In this document: in pieces, positions 26,353-39,744 of the stretch
How the letters are laid out: each line of letters opens with the position of its first letter
How positions within the stretch are numbered: position 1 is the first letter of the stretch
DNA from: Podarcis pityusensis
Lineage: Eukaryota
Assembly (NCBI GenBank): GCA_964106645.2
Contig: OZ067039.1
Length of the DNA: 64,000 nt
Reading direction: 5' to 3' (one strand)
Notes under the pieces: model-generated
Databases searched by the model: none
Seen by the model: the letters and a program-made list of their open reading frames with translations, nothing else
What the model was told of the DNA's origin: nothing
Position numbers and translations under genes: made by a program

Positions 26353-27354
26353 ACACACAATATTCACCCGACTCTGGTTTGGAAGAAGGCTCCCAAGTAT
26401 AAATAATACTTTGCGGAGCTGGCAAATTCAGACTACAGTGGAAACCAGGCTGTAATCAGCAGAACAGCTGTGGATCCTTCACATCTCATCTGGCACCTTC
26501 CCTCCTTCCTCACAGCAAAGAAACAGCCACGCATGCTCCAAAAACTCTCCCACGGTTGCAAATAAACATCCTGGGACACTCAGGGATCCAGATGTCTTGA
26601 GAGGGAAGGCGGCAGTGCAGGGCCTGGGGAGAGCAAACGGAGCAGGTGGGAAGCGTGTGTTTGTTTACTTGTATGCAAAAGCACCACACTCCCACTGCGA
26701 TTCTGCAGTTATAACCATCCTGTGACCTGATCCACACTAACGACTGACCTGTGCAGAGTCACTCATTTGATGCTAATTATTCTATGGGTAAACAGGCAGA
26801 GATTCCAAGTATGGCGCAGGGGGTTTGGGCACACGTTCTCCCGCCCTGAAAACAAACGCCCAAGAACTCAACAAATGTGCATCAAAAACCATTTCTCCCA
26901 CATATCTGTGTTCACACTGGAGGGTGCAGTATGCGGTGTGATGGAATTTGGGCCTCACCAAGAGGGGTCTCAGTTCTGCCCGAAACGGAGCCTGACCTTC
27001 TTTTATTTCAGATGTTGACATTTCAAGGCTGAAATATGAAGACAAGTTATTTTCCTCCTCAGCTGAAATGAAACCCCCTTAGAGACCCCGTTATACAGAA
27101 CTGCTTGAGCTCAAATTGACCCCTTTGCAGTGACTTAAGCAGCCTTTTACCCTGGAGTTCATGCTGGTTTCACACTACTAGTTTGTTTCAGGCATAGGTC
27201 AACTCAGGGGGAGGAGGTGCTTTGGAAAGGTTCTCTCTAGGCTACAGACTCCCTGCTGGGCAACACACTCCTGCACTGCTTGGGGCTCATATCGTGGCTC
27301 CATTAGGCAGCAACATGTCTACTTCCATGCCACTTGTAACCTGTTATCCAGGCC

Positions 27355-27355
<1 letters not shown>

Positions 27356-27384
<29 letters not shown>
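27356..27384. repeat. (AAT)n microsatellite
   Basis: Direct tandem AAT units. Confidence 0.95.
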
Positions 27385-27386
<2 letters not shown>

Positions 27387-27794
27387 TATTTTTAAAATCT
27401 CTCTTTCTTTTGAAAAGCAACAAAATATTTTTTTTGGGGGGGGCAGGGAATCAACATTACATCATCTATTTTAAAACAAAATGACCTGAGTCTGAATGAG
27501 ATACAGTCTAACATGTTGAAGCCCACATTTGCAAGTTTATCAAAACTGAAACATGACTATCAAACAAAATGAGTTAAAAGGCCCAGATTACATCTCTCGT
27601 CTTCTGAGACATTATGAAAGATACAATAATGTTGAAATCCTAAACACCCTGACCTAGGGAGTAAGTTCCGATGCAATTTGCTTCTGAATAATAATGCAAG
27701 GTATTGCACAATAAGATTTGCATTGTGTTTATTGTTTGCGAGCTGGCCTCAGAGGTGCCAGGATCTGAATGCCATCCTATCACCAGGATCATGG

Positions 27795-27955
27795 GAACCA
27801 GTTTGGCACAATGGTTCAAATCCCCACCCAGCCATGGACTTTGGCAGTAGGTGATCTTGGGTCAGTCTGCCTCACCTGCCTCACAGAGTTGTTGTGAGGA
27901 TTATGCTGCCTTGGTCTCCTGAAGGGAAAGGTAGGATATAAATGCAACAGATAAA
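27795..27955 (+). mobile_element. CORE/MIR-like squamate SINE (Squam3-like), degenerate
   Basis: GGTTCAAATCCCC B box, CCTCACAGAGTTGTTGTGAGGAT core, and GGATATAAATGCAA tail. Confidence 0.7.
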
Positions 27956-28205
27956 AAAGAAATCATTAAGCCTAGATCGCTTACCTTATATGCCTAGCTT
28001 AAGCCCTCCAATTACCTGAGTTATGCAATGTGCTCAAGTTCTCAAATGATGCATGAATATTTATGACTCTATTAACCAAACAGCACAGACATCTACTTTC
28101 CATCTTATGGAGAAACTTCTTTTCTTTTTTCTCGGCCAATCCCTGGCACCTCCAGTTAAAAGGATCAGGCAGAAGATGTGAAGGGCCAATGCCACTCAGA
28201 GCAGG

Positions 28206-28334
28206 CCAGGTTGGGGAACCAGCCCTCCAAATGTGGTCGGCCTCCAGCTGCAATCAGCCCCAGCCAGTGCGTCAAATGGGATGATGGCAGCTGTAGTCCA
28301 GCAACATCTGCAAGGCCACACGCTTCCCACCCTT
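28206..28334. mobile_element. Palindromic hAT-type MITE copy
   Basis: GGGGAACC..CCCTCCAAATGT ... GATGATGGCAGCTGTAGTCCAGCAACATCTG..TTCCCACCC. Confidence 0.7.
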
Positions 28335-28539
28335 TCCTAGATAAGGAAATTGTCTGACTTGGTATCAGCCAGTTTCCTACATTCCTAAGGGCAGAAGAAA
28401 TATGTGTGTTGGGGAAACATAACTGGAGTACATGGAGCAGTCAAGCAGTCTCTGAAGCTGGAGCCTTCTGCCTGAACATTTCCTCAAAGTTATGGTTGCA
28501 TCTGCACTCTCTACCCAAACACAGCAAGACGAGAAAAGG

Positions 28540-28704
28540 AAGAAGAATAAGAAGAGTTTGGATTTGATATCCCACCTTTCACTCCCTTTAAGGAGTCTCA
28601 AAGCGGCTAACATTCTCCTTTCCCTTCCTCCCCCACAACAAACACTCTGTGAGGTGAGTGGGGCTGAGAGACTTCAAAGAAGTGTGACTGGCCCAAGGTC
28701 ACCC
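28540..28704 (-). mobile_element. Squam3B-like SINE 3' half with (CTT)n-type tail
   Basis: AAGAAGAGTTTGGATTTGATATCCC...CTCTGTGAGGTGAGTGGGGCTGAGAG...GACTGGCCCAAGGTCACCC, a CORE-SINE pattern on the minus strand. Confidence 0.75.
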
Positions 28705-29007
28705 TTGGGAAGGAAAAGTTTGGAGGCATGATATCTTATTATTGACATAGAAAACCTAGCACTGATTCTACTGTCCAGGTTGTGCAGATTCTAGGATGCC
28801 AGCAACACAACAGATAATTGTGGATTGCAGTGCAGACCTTGAAGCTTGGAGGCACAATGGATGTGCAATGAATGGTAGCACAACATGAGCCACAAAGATT
28901 GGTCACGTATCTCTGTCCAGATAAAATTATATGGTGTTGTACTTTTGGTCTCTCATAAGCATGGCCATTCCAAACACAAGAAACACCCCTGGCCCTCCTT
29001 ATTCTCA

Positions 29008-29252
29008 GGGAAAGGGGCCATAACTTGGTGGTAGAAGCCATAGGTTCATTTCTTGGCATCTCCAGGTACAGCTGGGAAAGACCTATGTCTGGAATGCTGA
29101 AAAGTGACTGCCGGTCAGTCTAGAGTAAATAATATTGTGATTATTGTGAGCCGCTTTGCGCTCAACAATTGCTGGAAAAGTGGTACACAAAACATTGTAT
29201 CAAATCAAGTATCAAACAATACAGACTCAGTATAAGGCAGCTTCCTATATTC
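29008..29252 (+). mobile_element. Squam2-like SINE, interrupted by about 100 bp of other sequence
   Basis: GGCATCTCCAGGTACAGCTGGGAAAGAC...CTGCCGGTCAGT, then an insert, then GACTCAGTATAAGGCAGCTTCCTAT tail. Confidence 0.65.
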
Positions 29253-32110
29253 TTAGATTTCTTAACCGGCTGCTTGATTTTCCAGTAAATGCTGGATTGT
29301 GCATAAAATTCTAAACACAGATTTGCCAAAGAAGAATACCTCAGCCCCTATTCCTAGTCTATGCTGATATCACATGGACCATCGGGTCATTTCCCCAGTT
29401 TGTGACCCTATAAAAAGATGATCTCCTGGCCCAATCTCAGTTGTCCCAGTGCAAATTAGTTAATGGCTGTGAGCGGGGATTTGCTACTGTAAAAACACTT
29501 CCACTTTGTGAAGCTGAGACGGCAATGAAGCAGCCAGTTGGCATTCATCTGCAAGTGCTGGCAAAGGCAAGCTTATATCAATAAAAAAGGAATCCTCTCT
29601 CTTCCTTGCTGGTCTCCATCCATACCCCAAGAGACCTGCAGAACTACACTATTGATAAACATTTGTCAGGGGCCATTTCCTCTCCTACTTGATTTTATTT
29701 CTGTTTGAACTAGATGGGATAGCCTTAGATTCAGGCTCTGGAAAGAAGGAATGGGTGCCAGGGCACAGAGCAGTCAGGACAACCAAAGAAGGAAAGGAGC
29801 AGGACAGAGGAGATTATTGGGCTTCCTAAGGCAAGCAGCCCATACTGTAAAAGGAAAGGGAAACAAGACTGAACGGCTCAGCTCTGGCTGTGTTAAAATG
29901 GTTGTGAATCTGCAAGCAGGGAATGAGAGACAGAAAGATAGAGGCGAGGGCAAAGGGAGACCAAACATTTTGGACAGGTCCTGGGACAACCAGAGGGGCC
30001 ATTTTAAGGATGAATAAATAGTTACTATGACCACCCCTCATCCCAACCACTCTTTGAAGAGAACCTGTCAGTTCTAATTTACCTACAAAACAAGGAAGAC
30101 TCAAGGAACGGTCCCAGACAACATTCAAAATCTCTGCATCATTCAACACTTGGAGCAGTCTCCAAGGAATCATCACTGCCCACCTGACAGATTCAGACTG
30201 GGAGCAAGGCCCAGAGACATGCATGAAAAAGAGGAAACTGAGTATTCGTGCCATAGGATGCAAATGGTGTAGAACTGAGGATACTTGATCCACCCAGTGC
30301 TCCAAAATGAGAGAGTTGGCAGGCTGAGGGAAGGGAGGCAAAAGCCAACTACTCTTGCAAAATCAGTGCATACACTCAAATCAGCGCCACACTGACTTAA
30401 CTTCAGATGTATATGGGATAAGCAAAAGCATATTCCCGCCTGCTTTTTCATTCACTGTTTTCAAATTCTCAGCAACTCTTATTGAGTGCCAAGATGTCAG
30501 TCATGGGAGGAACAGCAACCAGTACAAGGAAGATCGTCTCCCTGTATGCAAATCTTTCACCTTTAGTCTGCATTAACCTGCCTTTCAAATTCTGCAATGG
30601 CTTTTGAGTTCCTGCTTGATTCTACAGAGCTAAGAGCAGCAGGTTCGAGGTGAAAGTTCAGGAGTTTTGCATTGTTATGCAGTGGTAATATTTTACTAGG
30701 TTGTAACACGGCAGCAAATGGCCTCACGTGATTAGCTTGTTCAGTGCCTGTCTGACCTTGTCCCTGCCCGCCCTCACTCATTCATATATACACACCCAAA
30801 CTTCCAAACATTTCCAGTGAGAAGGAAATGGGAAAGGAGAGGAAACTGGTAGAACTACTTTTTACTAAGTCATAGCTCCAGAGAGACTTCATTTTGTTCA
30901 CTGCCTGCTCTGTCTGCCCTGCTACCATCAAGCAGAAGATAAATCTCCTATGGTTACGCTGGAAAAGTGAGTTGCAAAAGCTCAAATTAAAATCTCAGCA
31001 ATTCCACCTGCTCCTTGTATATTAAAGATCTGCGATATATATGACAAGGTACTATTCAAATTGCCAGTTTTTCCATAGAATACTTCCTGTGCCTTTTAGC
31101 AGCTGTATGACAGGCAGGAGCTACACAGGTGAAGGTTTTCTCACTGTTGTGCAGAAACTACCAGTTGGATTTCTGCATGACATGCAACTGGTCAGGAAAA
31201 AACATAGCAATCTAGCGCCAAACAAGAACAATCCCTCAGACCCATTCAACTTTTTTATTAGCCAGAGAAGGTGGCATCCCATCCAACATATAATTAGGTA
31301 GGGCCATGCTTCATTTAACATGAAGCCCATAATCTCTAGCTCAGTCTAATATCCTGTCTTCCACTATGCTACAGCTGGCCAATGGTCAGGCAAATCAACA
31401 TCAGAGATAACAAGGATTCTAGATTTGATGTCAAATCCAAGATCAGTTAGAGCTATGGGCTAAAATGGGGCATGTGGAACAAACAATAAACACCATCTTA
31501 ACCAACAGATGTAAAGGAAGCTATACAATAATTGTCTTCCACTGCTACCAATGGAAAGGTTGAGTACAAAGGGTTAAAATGCCACTGTGTAGACCTGGCT
31601 GAAAGGTGTGAAAATGTTACCATCTTAACTAGTGGAAATGTTGCTAAGAAAATTATGAGATCTCAGGGCAAGTTTAAACGACAGAAAGAATGGAGGAGCA
31701 TATGTCAGGAATGATTGATATCCAATAGGTCCTGTCACAATGCAATAGGGATGAGACATGTTGCCTGTTCCTGTGCAAGCTGACTCAGACAGGATTAAGT
31801 CCCACTAAGTTGAATGAGGCTGCTTCCTGAGTAAGTACAGACAGGATTGCAGCATGACCATGCAGTCTTTACCCACCAATAACAACTCAAGCTTTCCACA
31901 GATTTAAATAGGGTTATGGTTACTGTGCTGGTGAGCTGATAGGCTATTTAGTTCTGTACATCCATCATTTCCAGCAAAAGCATATTTCATTTGCACCAAA
32001 CCTGGTATGATGGCCAGATGCCATCAGGCAAAGCCTTGTTCCTGTGCCTCTTAATAGCACCCCCACATCCAGAAATGTTTGGCTGCTGAAATTTCCAGCA
32101 CCTCCTAGAC

Positions 32111-32240
32111 CATGGATGCGTGACCCTACAGTTTTGTTGAACTTCAGCTGCCATCATGCCTGGAATTTAGCCAGGATGCCTGGGGGTGATAGGAGTTGGG
32201 AGTCCAGCAACATCTGGAAGGCACCACTTTGTCACCCCTG
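32111..32240. mobile_element. Palindromic hAT-type MITE copy
   Basis: CATGGATGCGTGACC ... GTCACCCCTG ends and the GATAGGAGTTGGGAGTCCAGCAACATCTGG core. Confidence 0.65.
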
Positions 32241-33462
32241 TTCTAAGGAGAACATCTTCCTTCAAACACAACTCCAACTCTGAACCACGCTCATCAAAAG
32301 GGAATAGCAATGGGTACTTAAGAAGAGCAAACTTGTCTTCAGACCATTAGCTCTGTTTTCATGCAGCATGTTCATTTCATCACTAAACCTCACACCAGGA
32401 CCGTACGTAGGGGTTACACCAACAATCACGCTTTATTCCATAGACCTGCGAGAATCACCCACGCCCTTCCCTCCCTGTTGCACTGCTGAATAATAGAAGG
32501 AGAATGAGAAAGAAAGCAGGTGGCACCAATTACAATGTCAGATTGAAGATGGAATTGGAACCGATTCCCAAAACTGTCCATTAAATCATGCTACTAACTC
32601 TTACTGGCAACGTCCAAGAACGTTACTACACACAGAAACAGAGAAAAGTGCATACACGCTGCTGCATGCAAATCTGTGGGCACACGTCTTTCTACAGGAA
32701 AAATGTTCATTAGCACACCCTTAAATTCAAACATACACACTTTTGCATAAATACAAATACTTCCACATACATATTTTGCAAGTAGCTTTGCTAAAATGAG
32801 ACATGATGTGCCTGATGTTTTAACGGTGTAAAGGTGGTGTGCTTACATTCTCAACTTGCAGGTATCATAGTACAATGTTTCCAAGTGGCAGATCTCATGC
32901 TCACATATAACATGCACTTTCTTCCCTAAGGAAATCATTCATTTACACCTTTAGTTATACTTTTCCCTCTCATCCTTTTTCTATAAAGCATGGTGGCTTT
33001 TCACATATTACTATAACAAAGACATTTGTGTGCTTCAAAATTGGGAAATTTCTCCTCTGGAACATCTAGTGGCATCGTGACCAGACAGAACTCCTATACT
33101 TTCAGCATTGCAATCCTTACATGGGAAGAAATCTTACTGAAATTGGTAGAACTCACTTCTGGCTAAATGAGTTTAGGACTGTGCTGTGTGTGGAAAACAC
33201 AGCTTTGTCAGGTGCTGCTTGTCAGGGGGTGGGGGAGCATTTCTCTCTCTGGTGCTGAATTCCATTGGGAGGTAATCTGTCAGGGCCACGTGTCAGAGAT
33301 GGGCAGGACACCACCACCCCTCTCCTTCTCTCTGCTACCTATGTTTCCACCCATCTGCCCCACTTTGCCAGTCCCATGAAATTAGGCCAAGGGCTGCAGC
33401 CTGCCCAACCCTGTTGGGCATAGTGAGGCTCAAGATTAATCAACACTTGGTGGAGAAAAAGA

Positions 33463-33575
33463 TCTCCAGGTATAGCTGGGAGGGCCCCTTGTCTCAAATC
33501 ATGGAGAGCTGCTGCCAGCCAGTGTAGGCAGTGGTGAGCTAGATGCACCAATGGTCTGACTTGGAATAAGGCAGA
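33463..33575 (+). mobile_element. Squam2-like SINE fragment
   Basis: GGAGAGCTGCTGCCAGCCAGTGTAGGCAG..GAGCTAGATGCACCAATGGTCTGACTTGGAATAAGGCAG. Confidence 0.7.
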
Positions 33576-36215
33576 GGCCAGTGGAGGTGAGTAGGATGGA
33601 GGTAGGAAAGTAGACAGAAGAAGATGAAAAAGGGATGCCCTTTGATACTTACTGAAGCAGGGAAAGAGAAGGAAAAGGGGCCCTGCAGAATGTACTTCTA
33701 CAGGCATCCCAGGAAAACTAGTACTTCTCATAAAGCAAGTTGAAGAAAATACCCCAGTTAGTGGAATTACAAGTAGATGAGAAGCTGTGAGTTGGCAGGT
33801 TGTGTGCCTATTCCTCTTCCAAAAGCAGAGAGCAGTCGCCACCAGAAGCTCAGGTTTTGTGTGCTTGAGCTGAGGATTGTAACACCGATGTAACCTTGCT
33901 ATGAACATGTTGCAGTGCCATTCCACACTTTTAAAGTTTAGACGCTAAATCAAAGACTGTTATACATACAGACAACCAAACAAACCTGCCAAGTGATTAA
34001 AGAGGAATTTACCAGGCTTCATGCAGGGGGTGGATGTGTACTAAAACTGTTGTCTAAACAGGCTCCCGGAGCTGCCTTGGTAATCCTCAAATGAGCACAA
34101 ACCAGAATGTGGAAGAATCATATTCATATGTACCACAAAGAGGTAAAAAGACAGTGACGAACCAAGTATACTCAGTTTATTGCAAATCTTACCATTCCAA
34201 AGAATTCTTAGGAATGAGAAGTGTTTGCACTGCATGCTTGCAGAAAAAGAAAGAGTTTTATAAACATGAGACTGCACTTTCTCTTTAATTACAGTTGAAA
34301 AGTACACAATAATGCAGAAGACACCAGAATCTACCTCTTTCCTTCTGTAAGAAAAAATTGTCACAGCAAGCTAAAAATTAACCAGGATGGAGGGAGGTTA
34401 GCTCATGATTTGGGAAAAAAACACTGAGATTTTCCACCTTGATCCCAGAATTGGGTTGCTCCTTCGACTGAACCTGCAGATGCCCTCAAGTCAAAAGATC
34501 CACTGTTTTGCTTTCAGGTGTCCTGAAATTAAAGGACTTGCAGGGTCAGGGAAGTTGAAGTCTCACGAAGACACTAATACAAAGCTCCAAAATTCATATC
34601 CTATCTCAGTTATGCAGATCCATCTTCCTACCAGTTCAGAGACTGCTCCTGGCACTGAGTTTTAAAAATGCCAACCTGTTTTCCTCAAAGATGTTCAGAG
34701 GAAAATAATAATAAAAGTCTCTGGTGCAGTCTGGTAAAGATGGCACCCCTAGGAGGGAAAGAAGGATAAAACAAAGTCATGTGATTAATTGCTTTCAGGA
34801 AAGCCACCATGGAAAACACAATTTTGCTTCCACTTTGATAAAGAGGTCTTTAAAAGCATTTGCTTCCCACGCTTAAACAGAAAAGTTGGCAAGCCACTGA
34901 AGTGAACATTGTCTGGCAAGTGGGATGGAAGGCAAGAAAGACCTCACTTCTGCAAATTCCAGAGACTTTAGGGGAGTTGCTTGAGATTTACTCCCCACCA
35001 TAACTACAAAACCGGGCACTCTGGAGATAAAAATGAGGGGCAGTGTTTAAATTTCTACACTACCTGTCTGCATCTTATGAGAGGGTATTGAAATTCCCAG
35101 TACAAGAGTCACAGACACTGTGGCAAAGAAAACAAGCATTATGCAGGTTGCCCTATGCGACAGAGGGCAACTTGATGCATCATCACATCTGAACTGTGTA
35201 TTTCCTACATTTACTCCACCATGCAGTAGAGTGTAGCAGCTTTCAATCTGGTTCCTACTGTAATCGTCCCCAGAGGAATGGTATGCTTTCTTGGGCTTCC
35301 TTGTATAGGTGGCAATGTCTTCAGCGAAGAAGATGAAATGCTGCTAAACTGTCACTGAACAGTAGTGTATTTTCCCTGCCACTTTGTCACAAGGTAAAGT
35401 TGACACCTCAAAGCACTGACAAGGTTGGGAGCAAAAAGCCAACTATGAACCCTAGCATTGGAACTGACAGAACTTTCTTTCCTTTTTTCTTTTGGTGTAA
35501 AGGCATTTCCCAAGTTATAAACATCTGCTCCTCCTGTCTCAAAACAAAACCCAGATCAGCTTCTCACAGAAATGAGCAGGGGCCTTATTATTTTTAGATT
35601 ACTAGTGCGTCTTGCATGGGAGCTGCACCACGAGACTGCAGCCATACTGGTTACCATGACAACATCATCACTTCTTCATAAGACGACGGCAGAGGATTGT
35701 CAAGGAAAGTAAGCAAAAGGAGCAGGGATTGGAAAAGGAAGGTGCCTGGGAGTCACCTGAGCCTACATTGAGTTATCTACATACCAATCTATTTCAGATC
35801 AAACTGCCTGCACTGGAAACAGTTCAGAATGTTTTTTTAAGTCCTCATGGAGGAGGAACTTGAAGCTCAGCTGGGCTGTGAAAGTCTCATCCCTGCTAGT
35901 TTTACTGTCAGGAATCAGATTCTACCTGCAGATATGCCATCCTCAGTATTCAACTGGGCTAAATTAAGAGCCAAGGGCCTGAGAGGACTGTTGGGGCAGC
36001 CTCTTCTCTACCTTCCCTGAGGCTATGTAGGACCTTTGTGCCCTGAGGGAAAGCACAAGCAGCACAGCACAGGGAACCATCAGTCAGTGTATAACAGGCA
36101 AAATGTTTTAATGCAGCTACTGAGCTAAGTCTCAGCAGAGATCAGCCCCAGCTGGCGTATACACAGTGAAAAGTGTTTCTTATAGCCCATACACTCTAGG
36201 AAATTCCCTCTAAAA

Positions 36216-36345
36216 TAAGGCTGAGAAACCTGTGGTCCACCAGATGTTGTTGGACTCAACAGCCCCAGACAGCATGGCCAATAGTCAGAGATGTGGCGAA
36301 ATGTTGTCCGACAACATCTGGAGGACCATAGGTTCTTCTCCCCTG
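36216..36345. mobile_element. Palindromic hAT-type MITE copy
   Basis: Arms AACCTGTGGTCCACCAGATGTTGT / ACAACATCTGGAGGACCATAGGTT, with degenerate TSD CTCTAAAA/CCCTAAAG. Confidence 0.75.
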
Positions 36346-38198
36346 CCCTAAAGATACAGAATCCTCAGGTATTACTTCAGGACAGCAAATGCTTTTCCTT
36401 TCCAAAACAAATTAAACCACCTGCTGTGTTTCATACAGGACCAAGGGTTTTGTTTGTTTTGCTTGTATTTTTCATGCAGTCCTTTCCCCCACAAACCAGA
36501 GACCTGCCCTCAGGAAAATAGCCACCACAGCTGCACCTTAATTCACCGCCATGAACATCATGGAACCAGCCGGATGAGTGATGCTGAGCCATTTGCTCTT
36601 CTACATGTTCTTTCCACTTGTGTTTTCTCTGGCAGATGAACAAGCACCTCGGGACAAGGAAGACCACGTATTTTTTTACAGTCTGTAAATCACCCATATG
36701 GTTTTTTGGCACCACACAGATAATGATGATACGCCAGTCCTAATGTCCACCTGCCTATCTGGAGTCTTAGAGAGGATAACAGAATCCTCAACATGAGGGT
36801 TTAAATCAGGAATTGTTGTGTGTTGTGTGTGTATTTTTACTGGCAGACAAAACAGGAAAATCAAACAACAGAATTAGCCCTGATGAAAGCCAACCTGGAG
36901 GCAAACAAGGAGAAAGGCCCATGGGAAGGCCCCATCAATAGAATCACAAACCCATATCAAACAGACGTTTACATACATACTTGCTGAAGGACAGGCACCA
37001 AGCTGCAATGCTTTGTCCTCACAAGGCAGAACTTTAGAAAGTGGCACAGTCCCTCACCAACACATAATTTGCTGCACCCAGCTAAGCCATGATTTCACTT
37101 GGGCTTTCTCTCGAAGCCCATGCTCTTTATAATCCTCTGAAGAGCACAACTGGCACAACAAAATGATTCAACATAGTTATGCCTGTTTTCTGTATGGTCA
37201 TGCCAGATCCCTGCACGATGAACTTCAATTGGTTCTTCTGCTGATTGGTTTCCCTCTCTAGTATGTGTGGTAACCTGCAGCCCTGCTTGTCCTGACCAGC
37301 TCTCAGTCTTGCAATTAGCCCCACTGACCTCTGAAATCCTCAGCCTCTCTAAGCAGCCATGCATTAAATCCCGGATCCAAGAGTGGAAATAGACTTCGTA
37401 AAAGGCTTATGGCCCTATTTATTGCATTGTACGCATGATGGGTTCTGATGGCATGGAATAATGCTGCAGAGGCTTACTTTCTCGGCCTCCATGACCAGAC
37501 AGAGACCAGGTGGCTATAAGAAAAAAGTGGTACATTCCCAGCATTTATCTGTCACAGTCAACATCAGGTGCTAAAGGGAGAAAGAAAAAGATAGGAAAGC
37601 AGGATCTAAGATTTCATGATTCCCAGAGTTTTTTGTTTTTTTACAACCCTGGGATCTTGATGCCAGGACTGAAGTCTGTCTAGACATACCACCCTCTTGC
37701 CTGGTAATCTTTCCCCTTAATTCCTGCTAGGTGAAGATACTCTCTAATTACTCATTGGGGAGGGGAATACACTCTGTACCTGTCCAGGGCGGGGGCACTT
37801 CCATCTTTTTTCCCTTCATGTTGCAAGCCTGGTTCCTGGCATTAAAAACGGCTAAGTCTGGGACAAAGTAGAACCTGTAACTTCATGTTTTTTTAAATAT
37901 GGAATACTTTAGATTGTTCACATGTGCTCACAAGAAAAAGGGGACAAAACCTCATTTGCGGGTGGACAGAGTGCTTGTACCACAGCAATTTTACTTTCAA
38001 GCTCTGGAATCATAAGGGTAATAAAGTTGTGGCAGTCTGTTCCTCAGTGCAGGACCACTGGGGGTAAGGAGAAGAGCCTGGGGGAAAGCTAATACAAATG
38101 TCATTCACAAAAAAGCAAGTATGCAAGCAAGCAAAAGAAAGAAGTACAACCTGCCTTCCCATAGGTTAACTCTCCTGATAGTTCTGAGCATTCATTGG

Positions 38199-38292
38199 CT
38201 TTGAGTGTGTACATATTTGCATGAAATCAGCTGCATACTTTGTAAACACATCGATGTAGTTCAATAGTACTGGTATGCGATGCTGCTGGGTA
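38199..38292. repeat. 94-bp local direct repeat, copy 1
   Basis: 88/94 identical to 39651-39744. Confidence 0.95.
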
Positions 38293-38399
38293 TGAATAAA
38301 TGGGAGAACTAGCAACTGAGGAATCTTAACATAAAGGCAGAACTTCATATGTCTGATGTAGCAATACTTTATTTGGGGGGGGGGAGAAAGAAGGAGGTA

Positions 38400-38467
<68 letters not shown>
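38400..38467. repeat. (TG)n(AG)n compound microsatellite
   Basis: Seen directly. Confidence 0.95.
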
Positions 38468-38470
<3 letters not shown>

Positions 38471-38769
38471 CTCCACAAGGGGCCAACAGAACATGCAGAA
38501 TCAAAACTCTGAGCATATTTTCCTTTATTAACAGACTGATGCCTTTAAAAGGCAACAACGGGAAAACCACAGAGCTAAACAGTCAAGTAACCAAGGGATC
38601 CTCTGCATCCCTGTGGAAAATATAGAGCAAACCTTATCCTGTGCACGTTCCAGTCAGCCAGAGACCAAATCACAAGACCGATCAGCTTGCACTTCAAGCA
38701 GCTTGGCTGAATAACAGAGTCTAAATCAGGAAAGCCTCAGCCAGAGTATCTGAACCACAAAGGAGGGTA

Positions 38770-38809
38770 TCTCTCTCTCTCTCTCTAAACACACACACAC
38801 ACACACACA

Positions 38810-38852
<43 letters not shown>
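38770..38852. repeat. (CT)n-(AC)n-(GA)n compound microsatellite
   Basis: Seen directly; the outer tracts are complementary. Confidence 0.95.
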
Positions 38853-38855
<3 letters not shown>

Positions 38856-39650
38856 GCTAGTTAGCAGGTTCTGGACAAAAACTGAGAGCACATGGGGCAA
38901 GTCAGAGTGAGTTTCACCCTGGTGCAGTGGGTTGTCTTATCATAGAGATCTGGTGCCTACTTCAACTACTGCAGGAATAAATTGCACAGGAACACTCCAT
39001 AAGGCCAAATCTGCCACACAATAAAATAAAGTCATACAGCGTGTTGTCGTCATCAACACAACAGATTACAAAAATGAGAAAAATGCCACATGCATCATGA
39101 ACATTGAATAACAGGTATTTTGCCAAAAAATAATAATTGCTGCTAGCCCCAAGGGAACAAAGGGAATAAACTGAATCACAGGAGGGGACACTCCTCCCTC
39201 CCTCCTCATCTGCTTTACTACCTTATATGTAGATCGGGAGGGGGGCAGAAGAGCAAAACGCTGGGTACTGCACAGGTAGGTTCTTGTTTCCCTCCTGCAA
39301 ACATATATTCCACTCAATGATCTGTATCACAATCAATGTGCTCACTAAGGAAGGAATGGGGGTGGGGGTGGGAACGACTGCATTTTTCCAGCAACAAATA
39401 TGGCACTTCTGAATACTGGTTAAATGCCATTTCTTCAAACAGAAATGCTATCTGAGAGAAAGACTACAGCTGAAACCACAAAAGCGTTTTCAAATACTTT
39501 AATGATTATCACTCAGGAATCTTTCCCCATTTCATGAGTTATGCACTTCCTACTTCAAGTGTCAGCATACCCACTTCAGCTACTGATGGAGAAGCCCCTC
39601 CACACATACCTTTTTAATCTGGATGTGGGCTTATACTGCCCTGTTGCAGA

Positions 39651-39744
39651 CTTTGAGTGTATACATATTTGCATGAAATCAGCTGCATGCTTTGCAAACA
39701 CATCAATGTAGTTCAACAGTACTGGTATGTGATGCTGCTGGGTA
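39651..39744. repeat. 94-bp local direct repeat, copy 2
   Basis: 88/94 identical to 38199-38292; all six differences are transitions. Confidence 0.95.

Noticed and set aside
26273-26455. PolyQ/polyA/polyS ORFs
   Set aside because: Translations of an intronic (CAG)n microsatellite.
33339-33926. 195-aa ORF on the minus strand
   Set aside because: Overlaps a SINE fragment, with no homology to PGC-1beta or any family I recognise.
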